DNA of 64,000 nucleotides from Setoptus koraiensis (Eukaryota; Animalia; Arthropoda): assembly GCA_048013815.1 (NCBI GenBank), contig CM106585.1, positions 12,772,001 to 12,836,000 of the forward strand, written 5' to 3'. The position numbers and the translations under genes are program-made. Below, piece by piece: positions 1 through 11,471 of the stretch. The notes under the pieces are model-generated. The model was not told where the DNA came from, ran no database searches, and saw only the letters and a list, made by a program, of their open reading frames with translations. Position 1 is the stretch's first letter, and the number at the start of each line of letters is the position of its first letter.

Positions 1-1617
1 ATGAGTTTGTGTCAGACAATGCTATGGCTCGTCACTGTAAACGTGATGATACTGAGCTTGATAACTGGCCCTGGATGTTTTGTTCTAGCGACTGACCATG
101 CGGTTGCTGGCGATCAGCTATTGTTATATTCGCCGGCCGCTACAATAAACGCAGTAGATGCGTCATCGCACCAGCAACAATCATCCGGAAATCCGTCACA
201 AACAGACGATTACGTTGATGACGGTGCCGATATAGATGTTATGGCCGGCCAACAACAAATATCCACGGCCCATTTATTATCGGCTGCAGGTCATATTGTT
301 CCAGACAACTATTTTGGGCCCAATTCTGTGCCTATAGATTATAGCCAGAGTGGCCAGAGCCAACAGCAATCTTCCCAGGCAACATCGCCAGCGGATCCGT
401 TGCAATCGGCATCGTCCGAGCGCGATATTATCACTGTCAACAGTCAGACGCAACAACAGCAACAACAACAACACATTACAACTGATGGTGTTGCTTCTTA
501 CATTGACTACAATGGATACAATTTGGCCACGCAACCTCAACACGAGACCATCAATCAGGCGGATGTTGTCGACTTCAACGGTGCCCACCCCAATACAGCC
601 TACTATGCCATCTACAATGGAGAGAATCCTGTGCCGCAGAGTCTTCAGGTTAGCCTCCAGAGCGGCCATCCACAATTGAGCCAAGATCAGTCAAATCAGT
701 ACAATCAAATGCTCAGCGATAATCAAATATTCGGTCAATCTCTGGATGGCAGTGATCAAATTTCGTCCAATGGTGCTGGCTACAATCCCAGCGGATCCGT
801 TGGCTCGGCCAGCTCAAACAATGCTGTCTACACGTCGGACAGTGGCAACAGACAACAACAATCCTCCAACCAAAACAACTTCGGCCAGCCCACTAGAGAC
901 GGTACACGTCCGAAAGATTTACTGTCACCAGATACAGCCATACCAGCAAATACAATATCATCGCCAGTAATTAACTCGTTGGCCAACATGCCAAAGGTCA
1001 ACATGCAACAGTTGGCGTCGAAAGTGCCCCAGGTTGCAACGCCACAGTTTAGTTTTTCATCAAGCAAAGACCCCATGGAGAAGGTGAAAGCAGTCAATCA
1101 AAAGAAGCGAACAATGATGCGCCAAGCGGAACAGTTAGCCAGGCTTATGATTGATTCATTCAATAAGAAATTCGGAACCACCATCGGAGATCAGACAGAT
1201 ATACCATTCGTTTTGTCCACATTGGGTCCATTGGGTTTCGCACAGAATCTGCTTTTCGACCCATCTTTTCTGTAAGTACAAATCAATAGAATAACATCAA
1301 TTCTGACATTCCTCAATATTGTCAGAATCCCTTAAGTTGACACAATTCTTCTTTGTATTCTACAACAATATCGCAACAGTATCACATTATTACACAGTAC
1401 CGAGAAGGGCTATATCTCAGATGTATTACCAAGTCCTGCGAAGATGATCATAAGGCCTGTTTTGAATGCCTTCAGAATGCCAAATAAAAAGAGAGACAAG
1501 GGCAACTTAGTCAACGTTCTGAGTTACATATCGTCAGGCTTACAAGCGCCCGCAGGATTGCAACCAAATCACAGACAGGCCGGCTACAAGAAAAGTAGCG
1601 GTACTAAAAAGTATTGA
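1..1617 (+). CDS. Secreted Q/S/N-rich protein of unknown function, 2 exons (1-1271, 1380-1617), ~502 aa
   Basis: 424-codon ORF starts with a hydrophobic signal-like segment (MLWLVTVNVMILSLITGPGCFVLA). GTAAGT donor at 1272 and CAACAG acceptor ending at 1379 (108-nt intron) join in frame: ...LLFDPSFL|ITLLHSTEKGYISDVLPSPAKMIIRPVLNAF...GTKKY, TGA at 1615-1617. The ATG is the first base of the window, so the 5' end cannot be checked. Confidence 0.7.
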
Positions 1618-1791
1618 GATTAGCTAAGATGAAGTGCTACAATATCAAATTCTTGTCTAGCTTTGTCTGATTAAGCTAATAAATCTATTTTTCGATATAA
1701 AAAATTGTAAAAAATCATTTCAATATCAACATTTGCTTGCCCATAATTTGTTTTTTTTGTTGTTTTTGATAACAACAACTTTCCTACTTGA

Positions 1792-4700
1792 TTAGCTAGT
1801 CGATGAGATCTCAAATATGACATCGGCTATGATAGGTACTACACCCGGGTCAAGTATTCGAGACATGACTAATGATAATAGCCTTTGCTGATGTTGCACG
1901 AATAGGGAGTGGTTATCACTTAGCTGCGACATGCATTTAAGTGTATGCGCAGCTCTTCTTAACATATCTAATGTTGTTCCGGTGGCTTCTGGATCCTTGA
2001 GGGCCTCATGGCCGTGATTCCTTTCAACTTCTTGAGCAGTTGCTTCCGCTGTTTCAATGAATGAAATTAACTGAGTTATGATGTTACTTGTCAAGGCTAT
2101 TGTACGGGCAACACTAGAACCAGCAGATGCCAGATTAGACAAGAGAACTAAAGCAAATTCTCTGATCGTCTGATCCTCATTTGGTCCCAATGATCTTGAT
2201 AAGACACTAAATAGTTTTTCTAATCGCGACCAGGGAGGGGTTGCCAATATCAAATCAACATTTCCTTCGATGATGGACAATTTGGCAAGCGATTCAAATG
2301 ACAATCGTTGAGGGGATATCATCATAGACGTGGTAGGAAATGGATCAAGCGCCTAGAATGGTATAGATTAGTGAAAAAATGAAATAAGTATAAAGATCGA
2401 TCTTTTGTCAGTATTTTTCTTCTTCGAAAATCGATGGAAAAATCAAGTTGAGTTTAGAAATGCGGACTTACATAACTAGAAGGACAGACAGCCCAATGAA
2501 GTAAACCCTCCAATAGAGATAGAACAATTCGGTCGTTGAATGGCGATAAATCTAAAGAACTAGAAATATTTGAGACAGTAACAAGGGTATTTTCTCGAAC
2601 AAGATGAAGCATACTCCAGTACCATTCTTCTTCTTCTTTGTTGGATTCTTTGCTTGGTTCTTTGCAGGGTTCTTTTTTAGGTTCTTTTTTGGGTTCTTTG
2701 CTGGTTTCTTTGCTGGTTTCTTTGCTGGTTTCTTTGCTGGTTTCTTTACTAGTTTCTTTGCTTGTCTCTTTGCTGGTTTCTTTGCTGGTTTCTTTGCTGG
2801 ATTCTTTACTAGTTTCTTTGCTTGTCTCTTTGCTGGTTTCTTTGTTGGTTTCTTTGCTGGATTCTTTGCTGGATTCCTTGTTGGGTTCCTTGTTGGGTTC
2901 CTTGTTGGGTTCCTTATTAGGTTCTTCGCGAGACTTCTTTTTAGGTTCGCTGTCAGATTCTTTGTCGAATTCTTTGTCGGATTCTTTTTTCGATTCTTTG
3001 ATGGATTCTTCATTGAGATCAGGAGTCGACTCAGAGCCATCCAGGATATGTCTTTTGGGCGCATGTTTATGCTTGAGCAACAATAAACGCCCCAACACCA
3101 GCAAAAGACCGGCATGCTTAGACATCTCAGTATCGTTGCCTGGTACGAATGATAGATTTCTTATCAATGTTGATAAACAAATGCATCTTCTAGCTAGGGT
3201 TACCAAACAATCTTTCATAGAATTGAAAAATTGTTCGCCCTTTGTGTCAGCTTCATCTTCTAATTCGACCTCTCCGTTTTGCTTAAAGTCTGATATAATC
3301 ACTTTTTCTTTCGATTTCTTGGGCTCAAAAAATACTTGAATATGACTCAAATCCTCACCATTTCCCTCTTTCCAATGACTAATACCACCATCGAACCCAC
3401 CATCAAATATATCCCAGGTATTGTTGTCGAACACTGGACGATCCCCAGACTTAAGAGTCACCTTCTTTCCATCTCTTGTGCGATAAGTGTAATTTTGTTG
3501 TGGATCTCGAGAGGAAAACATAATCATCTGATCTTTGACATCGTTCACTTGCGAGTTTGAGTGGTTCATCTTGGATGATCTTTTGTCTCCAACACTAGAA
3601 GATTCCTCTTCCTTGAATCCGTTTATTCTCTTCTCTATCTTGACTTTGACGCCATTATCATCATTCTCAGCAGAGTTTGATTGTGAGCCATTAACTAAAC
3701 CATTGGTTGAAGGTTTAGAGATCACCTTAGGCTTTGTCATCATCGTGTCCTCAACAAATCCTTCAAAAATTTCGTTCAAGCAGCGTTTGTAATGTTCTAA
3801 TATTGCTTCCAATAGTCCAGGCAAGTTTTGTAACGCGAATTGCATAATTGTGGCGTCATCATTAAGTAGTATTCCTAAAACATCTATAGCCCAGCTGGCC
3901 TCTGCCAAAAGTCCGGACTTCAGGCACATGAATAATCTCCACACTTCTATTGATGATACGTCTTTGCATGTCAACTTTCTTCTTTTAGTCACTGTCGGTT
4001 GGGTTGCTTCAACAGATCCTGGTGGGAATGTTATCTCTCGTCTTATTGGTTGCACTTGACCCGGGGGAGTTTGAGCTGTTGTAGAAGGTTGTTGAGTCTG
4101 CTGTCCGGTTGAAGATGGCCGGCTCGGTTGAGTAGTGTGCTGGCTGGGTGGTTGAGCATGTGGTTGAGCAGCTGGACCATGCTGTGGCCCAGGATATACT
4201 GGGGCGGGCGGCTGTTGTGGATGGTGGTGATGCTGGTTGTTAACATGGTGTGGTGGATGATTGGCACTTGCTTGAGCTGGAACAGGAGACTGTTGAGGAG
4301 GTTGTGCAAATTGTGAATTTTGACCTGGGCCTGGATATGGCTGTTGTGGTGTAGGCGGATGAGGTGCATGTGGCGCATGATGCTGATGAGGATGAGAAGG
4401 TGACAAATGCTGCGGAGGGTGAGTCTGGTTGGGCGGTTGATTTATTGCCACAGGCTGTTGAGTGTGCATCGGATACTGAGAGGGCTGCGGAGGCCGCGAG
4501 TGCTGAGCAGGTTGCGGGTGCGGTAGGTGTTGATGGTGCATATGCTGAGGTGGTGGCTGTGCTTGATGTTGGGATGGCACCAGTGTTTGGCTTGGGTGGT
4601 GAGATTGAGGTTGAGATCCCGAATAAGAACCTGGCATGTGAGATGGTGGATGAGCTTGCGTGTAATGCTGAGGCGGTGGCCCGCTACTTGGATGACCAGA

Positions 4701-6005
4701 ATAACCGGATGGATGTGGCGGCCCATGGGGCGAATGTGACATGTGATGTGGACTTCTAGTTTGGTTTGTATAAGGAGATGCCATATAACCAGGAGATGGA
4801 TGCTGACCGGGGTGAGGGGGCTGAGGTTGTTGTGAATAATGCTGAAGATGTGATGGCATCTGCTGATGATGTTGCATTTGATGCGACGGTGGACCATACG
4901 TCTGTTGCTGCATTGACTGATAACCTTGGGCGGGTTGTTGTTGATAGTACATGGAGTTTTGATGCTGGGGATATTGACTTGGTTGCTGCTGGTACATCAT
5001 ATGTGGTGGCTGCTGATGTGGTGGCACAAACTGCCCTCCAGGATAGGGTTGTTGTTGCGCGGGTGGATGTTGTGGATGATGTGGATGAGGATGAGATGGT
5101 GGCATATGTTGTTGAAGATGAGGTTGGCTAGATGACTGACTACCTGGCACCTGCTGTTGAGTGTGCATCGGATATTGAGGGGTCGGTCGCGGATGAGGCT
5201 GTGTTGCAGGTGGGTGCGGCATGTGCTGATGGTGCTGCATATGTGGTGGTTGCGGCGGCGGTGGTGGCTGAGATGGATGTTGTTGTGCCACTAATGGTTG
5301 ACCCTGATGGTGCGGTTGCGCTTGAGATCCTGAATAAGAGGGTATAATTTGAGGATGATGCGGTGGACCGCCATTTGGATGACCCGAATAGCCAGCTGGA
5401 TGTGGAGGCCCGTGAGGTGAGTGCGGTATATGATGCGGACTGGGTGATGTCTGATTAGGGTATTGATTTGGATATGGAGATGCCATATATCCTGGTGTGG
5501 GGTGCTGGCTTGGGTGCGGAGGTTGTCCCTGCTGGGGATAGTGCTGCAAATGTGGTTGCATCTGCTGAGGACCCTGCATCTGATGTGTAGGAGGTCCATA
5601 CTGTTGTTGTGGATAATACATAGGAGGTTGATGTGGTTGCGGAGGATACTGAGAATGCTGTGGGTACATCATGTGTGGAGGTTGTTGTTGTTGTTGTTGT
5701 TGATGTTGCGGGGATGGTCTAGGAATGACTCCTTGTTGTTGCTGCTGTTGTTGTTGCTGTTGGGGCGGCGGCGGCTGCGGCGGTTGTTGCTGTTGTTGTG
5801 GCGTTTGAGGTTGAGGTGGCGTCTGTTGTGGTGGCGGTTGTTGTGTCTGGGGAGGCTGACTGGAAGCATGATTGCTATCACTACTGGATGGTGTGCCAAC
5901 GGCCGTGGCATTTGTCGCACTGTTTTTACCCTTCCTACTACTACCGCTTGCCTTGGGTTTTTTTGCCTTAGGTTCCTTGGGTGGACCATCTTTCTTATTA
6001 GCCAT
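1792..6005 (-). CDS. ARID1: ARID1/osa (BAF250)-family SWI/SNF subunit: Q/P/H-rich N-terminus plus BAF250_C core, no ARID domain; coding exons 6005-2472 and 2352-1792, ~1364 aa
   Basis: Contains RREITFPPGSVEATQP...KRRKLTCKDV...WRLFMCLKSGLLAEASWAIDVLGILLNDD, RRCICLSTLIRNLSFVPGNDTEMSKH and LEGLLHWAVCPSSY|ALDPFPTTSMMISPQRLSFESLAKLS...NVDLILATPP, matching the ARID1A/B/osa C-terminal region from memory. A GT-AG intron at 2471-2353 (119 nt) restores the frame. ATG MANKKD is at 6005. Confidence 0.88.
2636..3005 (-). repeat. 12-bp coding tandem repeat (KETS/KEPN/KESS tetrapeptides, ~30 units) inside the ARID1-like gene
   Basis: Plus strand reads tctttgctggtt-type units; translation is ...EPNKEPNKEPNKESSKESSKETNKETSKETS...KEPKKEPKKEPCKEPSKESNK. 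Confidence 0.95.
4310..5680 (-). repeat. Internal tandem duplication (~220 aa x2) in the ARID1-like N-terminus
   Basis: Copy A (~5680-5020): PPHMMYPQ...YGPPTHQMQ...HLQHY...PGYMASPYPNQ...HSPHGPPHPAGYSGHP...PYPGGQF. Copy B (~5010-4310): PPHMMYQQ...YGPPSHQMQ...HLQHY...PGYMASPYTNQ...HSPHGPPHPSGYSGHP...PYPGPGQNSQF. Confidence 0.9.
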
Positions 6006-6304
6006 GCTCTCTATAGAAAAGTGATAAATTAATTTGTCCCAGTGGCTTACGGTTAATAACAAATGTTGTTAACTTATATATACCTTATATATAAATAATA
6101 TGTACGGGCGTGGGGTGGGGGACCTTCCAGTAGACGTCCTGATTTGTCGCGCTGTCTTTCGCTCTATTGATCTCTCTATATATGGTTATAAGTATCAATA
6201 TATAGGTGATGTATGTTAAATTAATAGCGATGTTAATAATAACAATGTGTGTGTGTGTGTTATAATAAAAATAATGATATAATAATAATCGAAGCGATGA
6301 TGAT

Positions 6305-6790
6305 ATAATGGCGTTGGATTCGAGGAGCATTTTCACAGCTATAGAAAGACATTCTGTGTGCGTGTGTGTGCCTGTCTGTCTATGTGTCTGTGCGTCTGTT
6401 TGTGTGTCTCTTATGTGCGTCTGTCTGTCTGTGCGTGTGTGTGTGTGTGCCAATGATGGAAAAACACACACACAGTTTGCAATGGTCCGCGGGCACTGGC
6501 TGATTTGCTAGTAATTCGACCGGGTTACACTAGCAAACAGGCAGTAGTTCCCGTGCCATGGCATAGGGAGCGTTGTGAGCTGTGCGCTGTGCCGTGGCAC
6601 AGTCGCAACCGTAGCAGCGGGTACGGGAGAAAAAGTTTCAGTTCACTATTCATATACTAGGCAACTGTACCAATGGTACATGCGGGTTCGCACACAAAGC
6701 AACTATGTGCCGCGCTGATTCAAACCAACGAAAGAAGAAGCAGAATGGAGGCGGGAGGCGACTCGTTTATGGTAATGGCCGTTGTACGCA

Positions 6791-6837
<47 letters not shown>

Positions 6838-7053
6838 ACACACTCACGCACACACACACTCACGCACACACACACAAATTTGCTCGCTATAAATTTTGTT
6901 TCCATCTCTTGCGCATATACGCAGACTCGCGCACAGACAGACGCACACAAGGACACACAAACAGACGCACAGACATACGGACAGACAAACTGTTTGTGTC
7001 ACAAACACAGATGTCTAGCTGTAGTAAGCTCAGCAAGGAAAATCGAACGCCAT
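6305..7053. promoter_or_regulatory. Divergent (head-to-head) promoter/leader region of ARID1-like and syntaxin, with inverted-repeat arms (~6305-6465 and ~6897-7053) and a (CA)n tract (~6795-6875)
   Basis: The genes diverge across this interval. The reverse complement of 6372-6429 (acagacagacgcacataagagacacacaaacagacgcacagacacatagacagaca) matches 6933-6988 (acagacagacgcacacaaggacacacaaacagacgcacagacatacggacagaca) at roughly 90%. Flanking tttccatc, tgtct..agctgt and aacgccat blocks are also shared. Confidence 0.65.
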
Positions 7054-7179
7054 CACCATTTTTATCATTAGCACCAATTGTTACAATTGTTGTTATTAGT
7101 ATTATTATTATTGCTATTATTATTACTATCAATATTATATTTGTTATTATTGTATCTCTATTTTATCAAAGCCACCACC

Positions 7180-7917
7180 ATGAACTACCAGAGTCCGCCA
7201 GAGGCGGAATTCTCGAGCCTAAGCTCACAGATAAGGGGCGACATCGAACAGTTGTCAAAAAATGTCTACCGTATGGAGCGAATGGTCAACCAACCAGGAA
7301 GCCAAGCGGAATTACACAAACTACAGCGTTCCACTAACATTCTCGCTAGAGAGATCAATAATCTCTTTAAGGCACTATCACACCTAGCCCAACCCGCAAA
7401 TCCATCGGAACAACGGGCAAGACGCTTGATGCGAGATCGTCTCACAAATGATTTCTCTGAAGCTCTCAGAAACTTTCAGGTAGTACAGAGGACTGCCGCA
7501 AACAGAGTCAGAACTCATAGTCCATCTGCGACAGATGAGGATGTCGAAGCCGCAAGACCCGCGCCTAACCTCATCCAATTAGCACCCCAACAACAGCAGC
7601 AGCTTCAGCAAGAGGAAGACGTCGACCTAGACGTGCTGAGGGAGAGGGAGCAACAGATTAGAAGAATTGAATCAGATATTGTTGAAGTAAATCAAATATT
7701 TAAAGACTTGGCTACAATGGTGCATGAGCAAGGAGACACAGTTGATTCCATAGAATCAAATATTGTTAGGGCCACCATTCAGGTATCAGATGGTGCACAA
7801 CAAATCGCTCGTGCAAGAGATTACCAAAATCGAGCGAGGCGTAAAACTTGCTTCTTAGCTATGATATTTTTCGCAATCATGTTTATAATTATTCTAATCA
7901 CCTATATTTCAAATTAA
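7180..7917 (+). CDS. STX12: Syntaxin-7/12-like endosomal Qa-SNARE, intronless, 245 aa
   Basis: Strong Kozak context gccaccaccATG at 7180. Habc region (RDRLTNDFSEALRNFQVVQR), SNARE motif REREQQIRRIESDIVEVNQIFKDLATMVHEQGDTVDSIESNI and C-terminal TM anchor CFLAMIFFAIMFIIILITYI. STX7 and STX12 cannot be separated by eye. Confidence 0.9.
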   Translation: MNYQSPPEAEFSSLSSQIRGDIEQLSKNVYRMERMVNQPGSQAELHKLQRSTNILAREINNLFKALSHLAQPANPSEQRARRLMRDRLTNDFSEALRNFQVVQRTAANRVRTHSPSATDEDVEAARPAPNLIQLAPQQQQQLQQEEDVDLDVLREREQQIRRIESDIVEVNQIFKDLATMVHEQGDTVDSIESNIVRATIQVSDGAQQIARARDYQNRARRKTCFLAMIFFAIMFIIILITYISN

Positions 7918-8372
7918 TGAAATCACATCAAGTAGCAACTTAGTCAATCTGACTTGCTATGTACACCGTTATTTTATTGTTCTATTTTGGTAGATACAAC
8001 ACATCTACTTAATATATCTCTAATTACAAGCCACACCCTCAGCCCCTCATTTTTGCTCGCGCCATTCTACGTGGGATATCAACAATCGACTTACTTCTTG
8101 ATAGTTGTTGAATTAAGACAGTTTCTGAAAACAAACATCACAACCATTGAACATTCACGAGCGCAGAGACCGTTTGATGTCATCAATAGCTGGAGAATGT
8201 GAAATAGATTGCTTCTAATAGATGATTCCGTGAAAGAATTTAAATTTTGAAGTTTTCATGACAAGACAACAGACAAATTTCTAAGAAAATCCGCTTTATT
8301 TTCGTCAATTCGGGCTTACAACATGGAACCTGAACTGAAAAAGAAATATGGAGTGAAATCGAATTTACTTCC

Positions 8373-9329
8373 TCACTGTGTCACGGAATAGCTCTTCGCA
8401 TCCAGTACCAATAGCGATCCGGACTTGGGTCGACTTTCATGAGCGGCCCAGCTCTGGAACAGCTCAGTTACGTAACTTAAAGGTGTCCATTCTGCAAAGT
8501 TAGCTTCTGGCATCCATTTTCTGTTCATTGGTGTGTCTAGAGTCTGCGGCAAAATGGCCAAAGTGCAAGATTCTTCAGGAAGGCCTGAATTTTTCGATGC
8601 AAGACTCTTGACTAGCTGGTGGACAGCAGCTTTAGCAAGACCGTAACCTATCATACCAGGGGTGCCTTCTTGGGCAGGTTTAGCACCAGTCAATACCAGA
8701 AGACCTCTCTCTTCTAGATGAAGGCTAGCAAGTCTAGCAGAGATCAACGATGGCCAAACACTCTGTTTTACCATCATGTCAGCATTTTTGACTAGTGATG
8801 CACTTGATGCACTGCCACCAGCCCAACCGCCTGCTACACAAACTATGGCCTGGACTTTTTCGCCTAGCAAATCCGTAAAGTGAATATAAAAGTAATATAA
8901 TGTGGTCTATATTAATGAATGAATTATATACGCCTGTTTGGGGTAATAAAGGATTTTGCGGTGTATAAATGCGTTATATTCCTTGAATATCATTACCTGT
9001 CAGTATTTCTTTCGTATCATGAAGCACTTGCTCTTCTTGAGCTGTCCATGACTCTAGATTTTGATCCTTTATTAGAACCTTGGAATCACTATCAGAATGA
9101 TTCCCGTGTCGTTCGAGGTCTATAGAGAGCACCCACTTTTATTGTTGGGATTTGGAACAAGCATAATGGTGGAAGACAAATGTCAGGTCAGGTAAGATAT
9201 TCGAGTTGAGCATTAATTTCAGATTGAGTTTCCATTTACCCAATTATTCTTCTTGAATGCTGCCACAGTTGCCTGTCCAAGTGCACCACGTCCTCCATAA
9301 ACAATAACACGATTCACGCTACTTGACAT
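8373..9329 (-). CDS. QDPR: Dihydropteridine reductase (SDR family), 3 exons (9329-9240, 9135-8997, 8863-8373)
   Basis: [30 protein letters not shown]|WVLSID...|[17 protein letters not shown]...[14 protein letters not shown]...[15 protein letters not shown]...[15 protein letters not shown]. Rossmann GGxGALG and YxxxK motifs present. GT-AG introns of 104 and 133 nt keep the frame. Confidence 0.95.
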
Positions 9330-11471
9330 AATGAATGATTACGGTGACTCTTCTTGTACAGATTTTTTTCCTTTTCCAGCTTTTGGTTACTTTGATTTTA
9401 TTTCATATACCTCCTGAAGGCTTGAACGCATAACGACTTTGTTCAGATTACACTTAAAAATCGTTGGTATCAGTTGATTAACGTTAGACAAGACTATTGA
9501 GCGTATTGCTCGTTATCTCTATATTGTTGAATCGATAAGGTTGTCAATGTGATAAGCTCATAATCCACATGGAGCGCTGTGAGCTGCGTAGATCTAGACT
9601 GGACAGACAGAGGCCCATCAACAGAGCAACACCATTGGACATTTTCTTATCCTAATACTATGCAGATTTTCGTCCTCTATCCTCTTTAGTTAGTTACTAT
9701 GATTTCTTTCCATTTATCATCCGAACGCTTAAACTATAGCGATCGTTATCCTTTTGCACCACTCAGCCGGCTGGCTATGGAACCATAGAGTCTTGCTCAC
9801 TTCAGATTTACACCCTGAACTCTCGCACTATGCTTATGTAGATAATGCACAACTTGTTTCAATTCGATGCACAACAAAAAGGGAGACTGTTTTCTCGTCA
9901 GGCAACGAGATTTCATATTTAATGACGACAATGTTGGTTTGACACCATGTAATGTGCGTTCGCGACCTCATGAATGTGGCGAGTCGATGAGTTGATATTT
10001 ATTTTTTCATGGAGTTAATTAGGTATCTCGAGTTTTCGTGTTCAAAATTTCTTCAAGGAAGAATCAATATGAGCCAGGATATTACTCAGCCCTCGATTTC
10101 ACAATGTTGTCGATTGGTAGAAAAGTGCAAAGCTTCAAATTCACTCTATCTAAACTATGACTAATATTGGGGTACTTAGTTTGAAAATCAACTAATTTAG
10201 ACCAAAAAGATGCTAGAAGAGGAGAACAACTCATTCAAATTGGAAATTTTCCATATACATGTTGGAAAAATTATTATCAATCATTAACTCGCCCGTCAAC
10301 CACTTGTTTGGACGCACAACGCCCATCAACTTTTACATAATTTCCCTGGCAATACTGACAATTTTCACACCATATTCAAACTATACATGGTCGTCTAGAT
10401 CTTCACTTCATATCAAAGATATGAACTAGCATCCAGAGGTTTATTTCAAAGCGGTGAGGCACGAAATTTGAGCCCAAATCAGCAAAAAAGGTGTTTTTTT
10501 TTTCATTTTTGACTCTCTTGGCAACTTTTTATCATCCTCATTTTACTACCGTGATTCAGAACAGATAAAACCGCGTCGAATGATGCTACTTTTGAGTTTG
10601 TGTAACGTAAGGGGTCCAGTGAGAACTTCGTCAAAGCAGACTCAGAAAACGCCACAAGGAAAACGATAAAAGTTTGACAGACGGAGATTGCTCCAGGGTG
10701 TAACGGAAGTGGTACCGGATACGCTCCAAACGAACAATCCGATCTAAAACAAGTGATTTTCGGACACTCCTATGGAAACGATCCTTTTCTGCTGATCTTC
10801 ACTCGAGCTTCAGATATCTGAGAAAGGTGTCGGACCTTCTGTCGACTCTCTCGCACTTGATGTTGAGCCGAAACAAGATGTCGCCCACGATCTGGAAATC
10901 GTTATGATAACAGGTCTGAAGAAGACAAAGAGGGTGCCCAAGAAAACGAAGAAATCTTTGACTGAGCTCGAACTCTAGCCTCTGCTATCTGAAGGTGTTG
11001 GAACTTGTGTCGAGTGGTGACATCGAAACCCACCAAGAGAGCAGAGCCTTTAGTCACTTTTTCTTGTCATATCTAAATGTGTGCTTAACTAATTAAGTAC
11101 TATAGACCTGTTCACCTCATCACGAACTAATCGCTTTTCATGAGGTCTGGGTTTTTCATGTTTCCGAATTCGTTTTAGCGTCTGCGGCTAGGCTCACCAT
11201 CGTAGACGTCGAAATTCACACCAATGACCTATAAGATGGGGCATTTTTCGGCTTTATAGGTATTGCATGTGTAGAAGATGTGTCGGTCGGTCTAGGAGTC
11301 TTGTTTTCTAATGACGAGAGCTGGTTTTACGAATGACGTAATGTATCAATCAAGAATACCGGAAAGCGAAAAGGGTTGATTGCGAGGCATGATGAAACAG
11401 ATAAAAACCAGCAACTGCACGCTGACTTACTATATACATCATTGATTTTATTGTTTCAGTTTTCGTGGCCA

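Noticed and set aside
2552-3339. Alternative-frame and antisense ORFs (poly FFAG, SLLV, KKPA) over the ARID1-like gene
   Set aside because: These are stop-free shadows of the 12-bp coding repeat.
4043-6032. Many overlapping ORFs of 60-190 aa on both strands
   Set aside because: By-products of CAN/CCN-rich codons in the Q/P/H region.
6085-7337. ORFs with HTHT/CVCV runs, and the 34-aa hydrophobic extension of the syntaxin ORF
   Set aside because: These are translations of CA/GT and ATT microsatellites. Syntaxin has a strong Kozak ATG at 7180.
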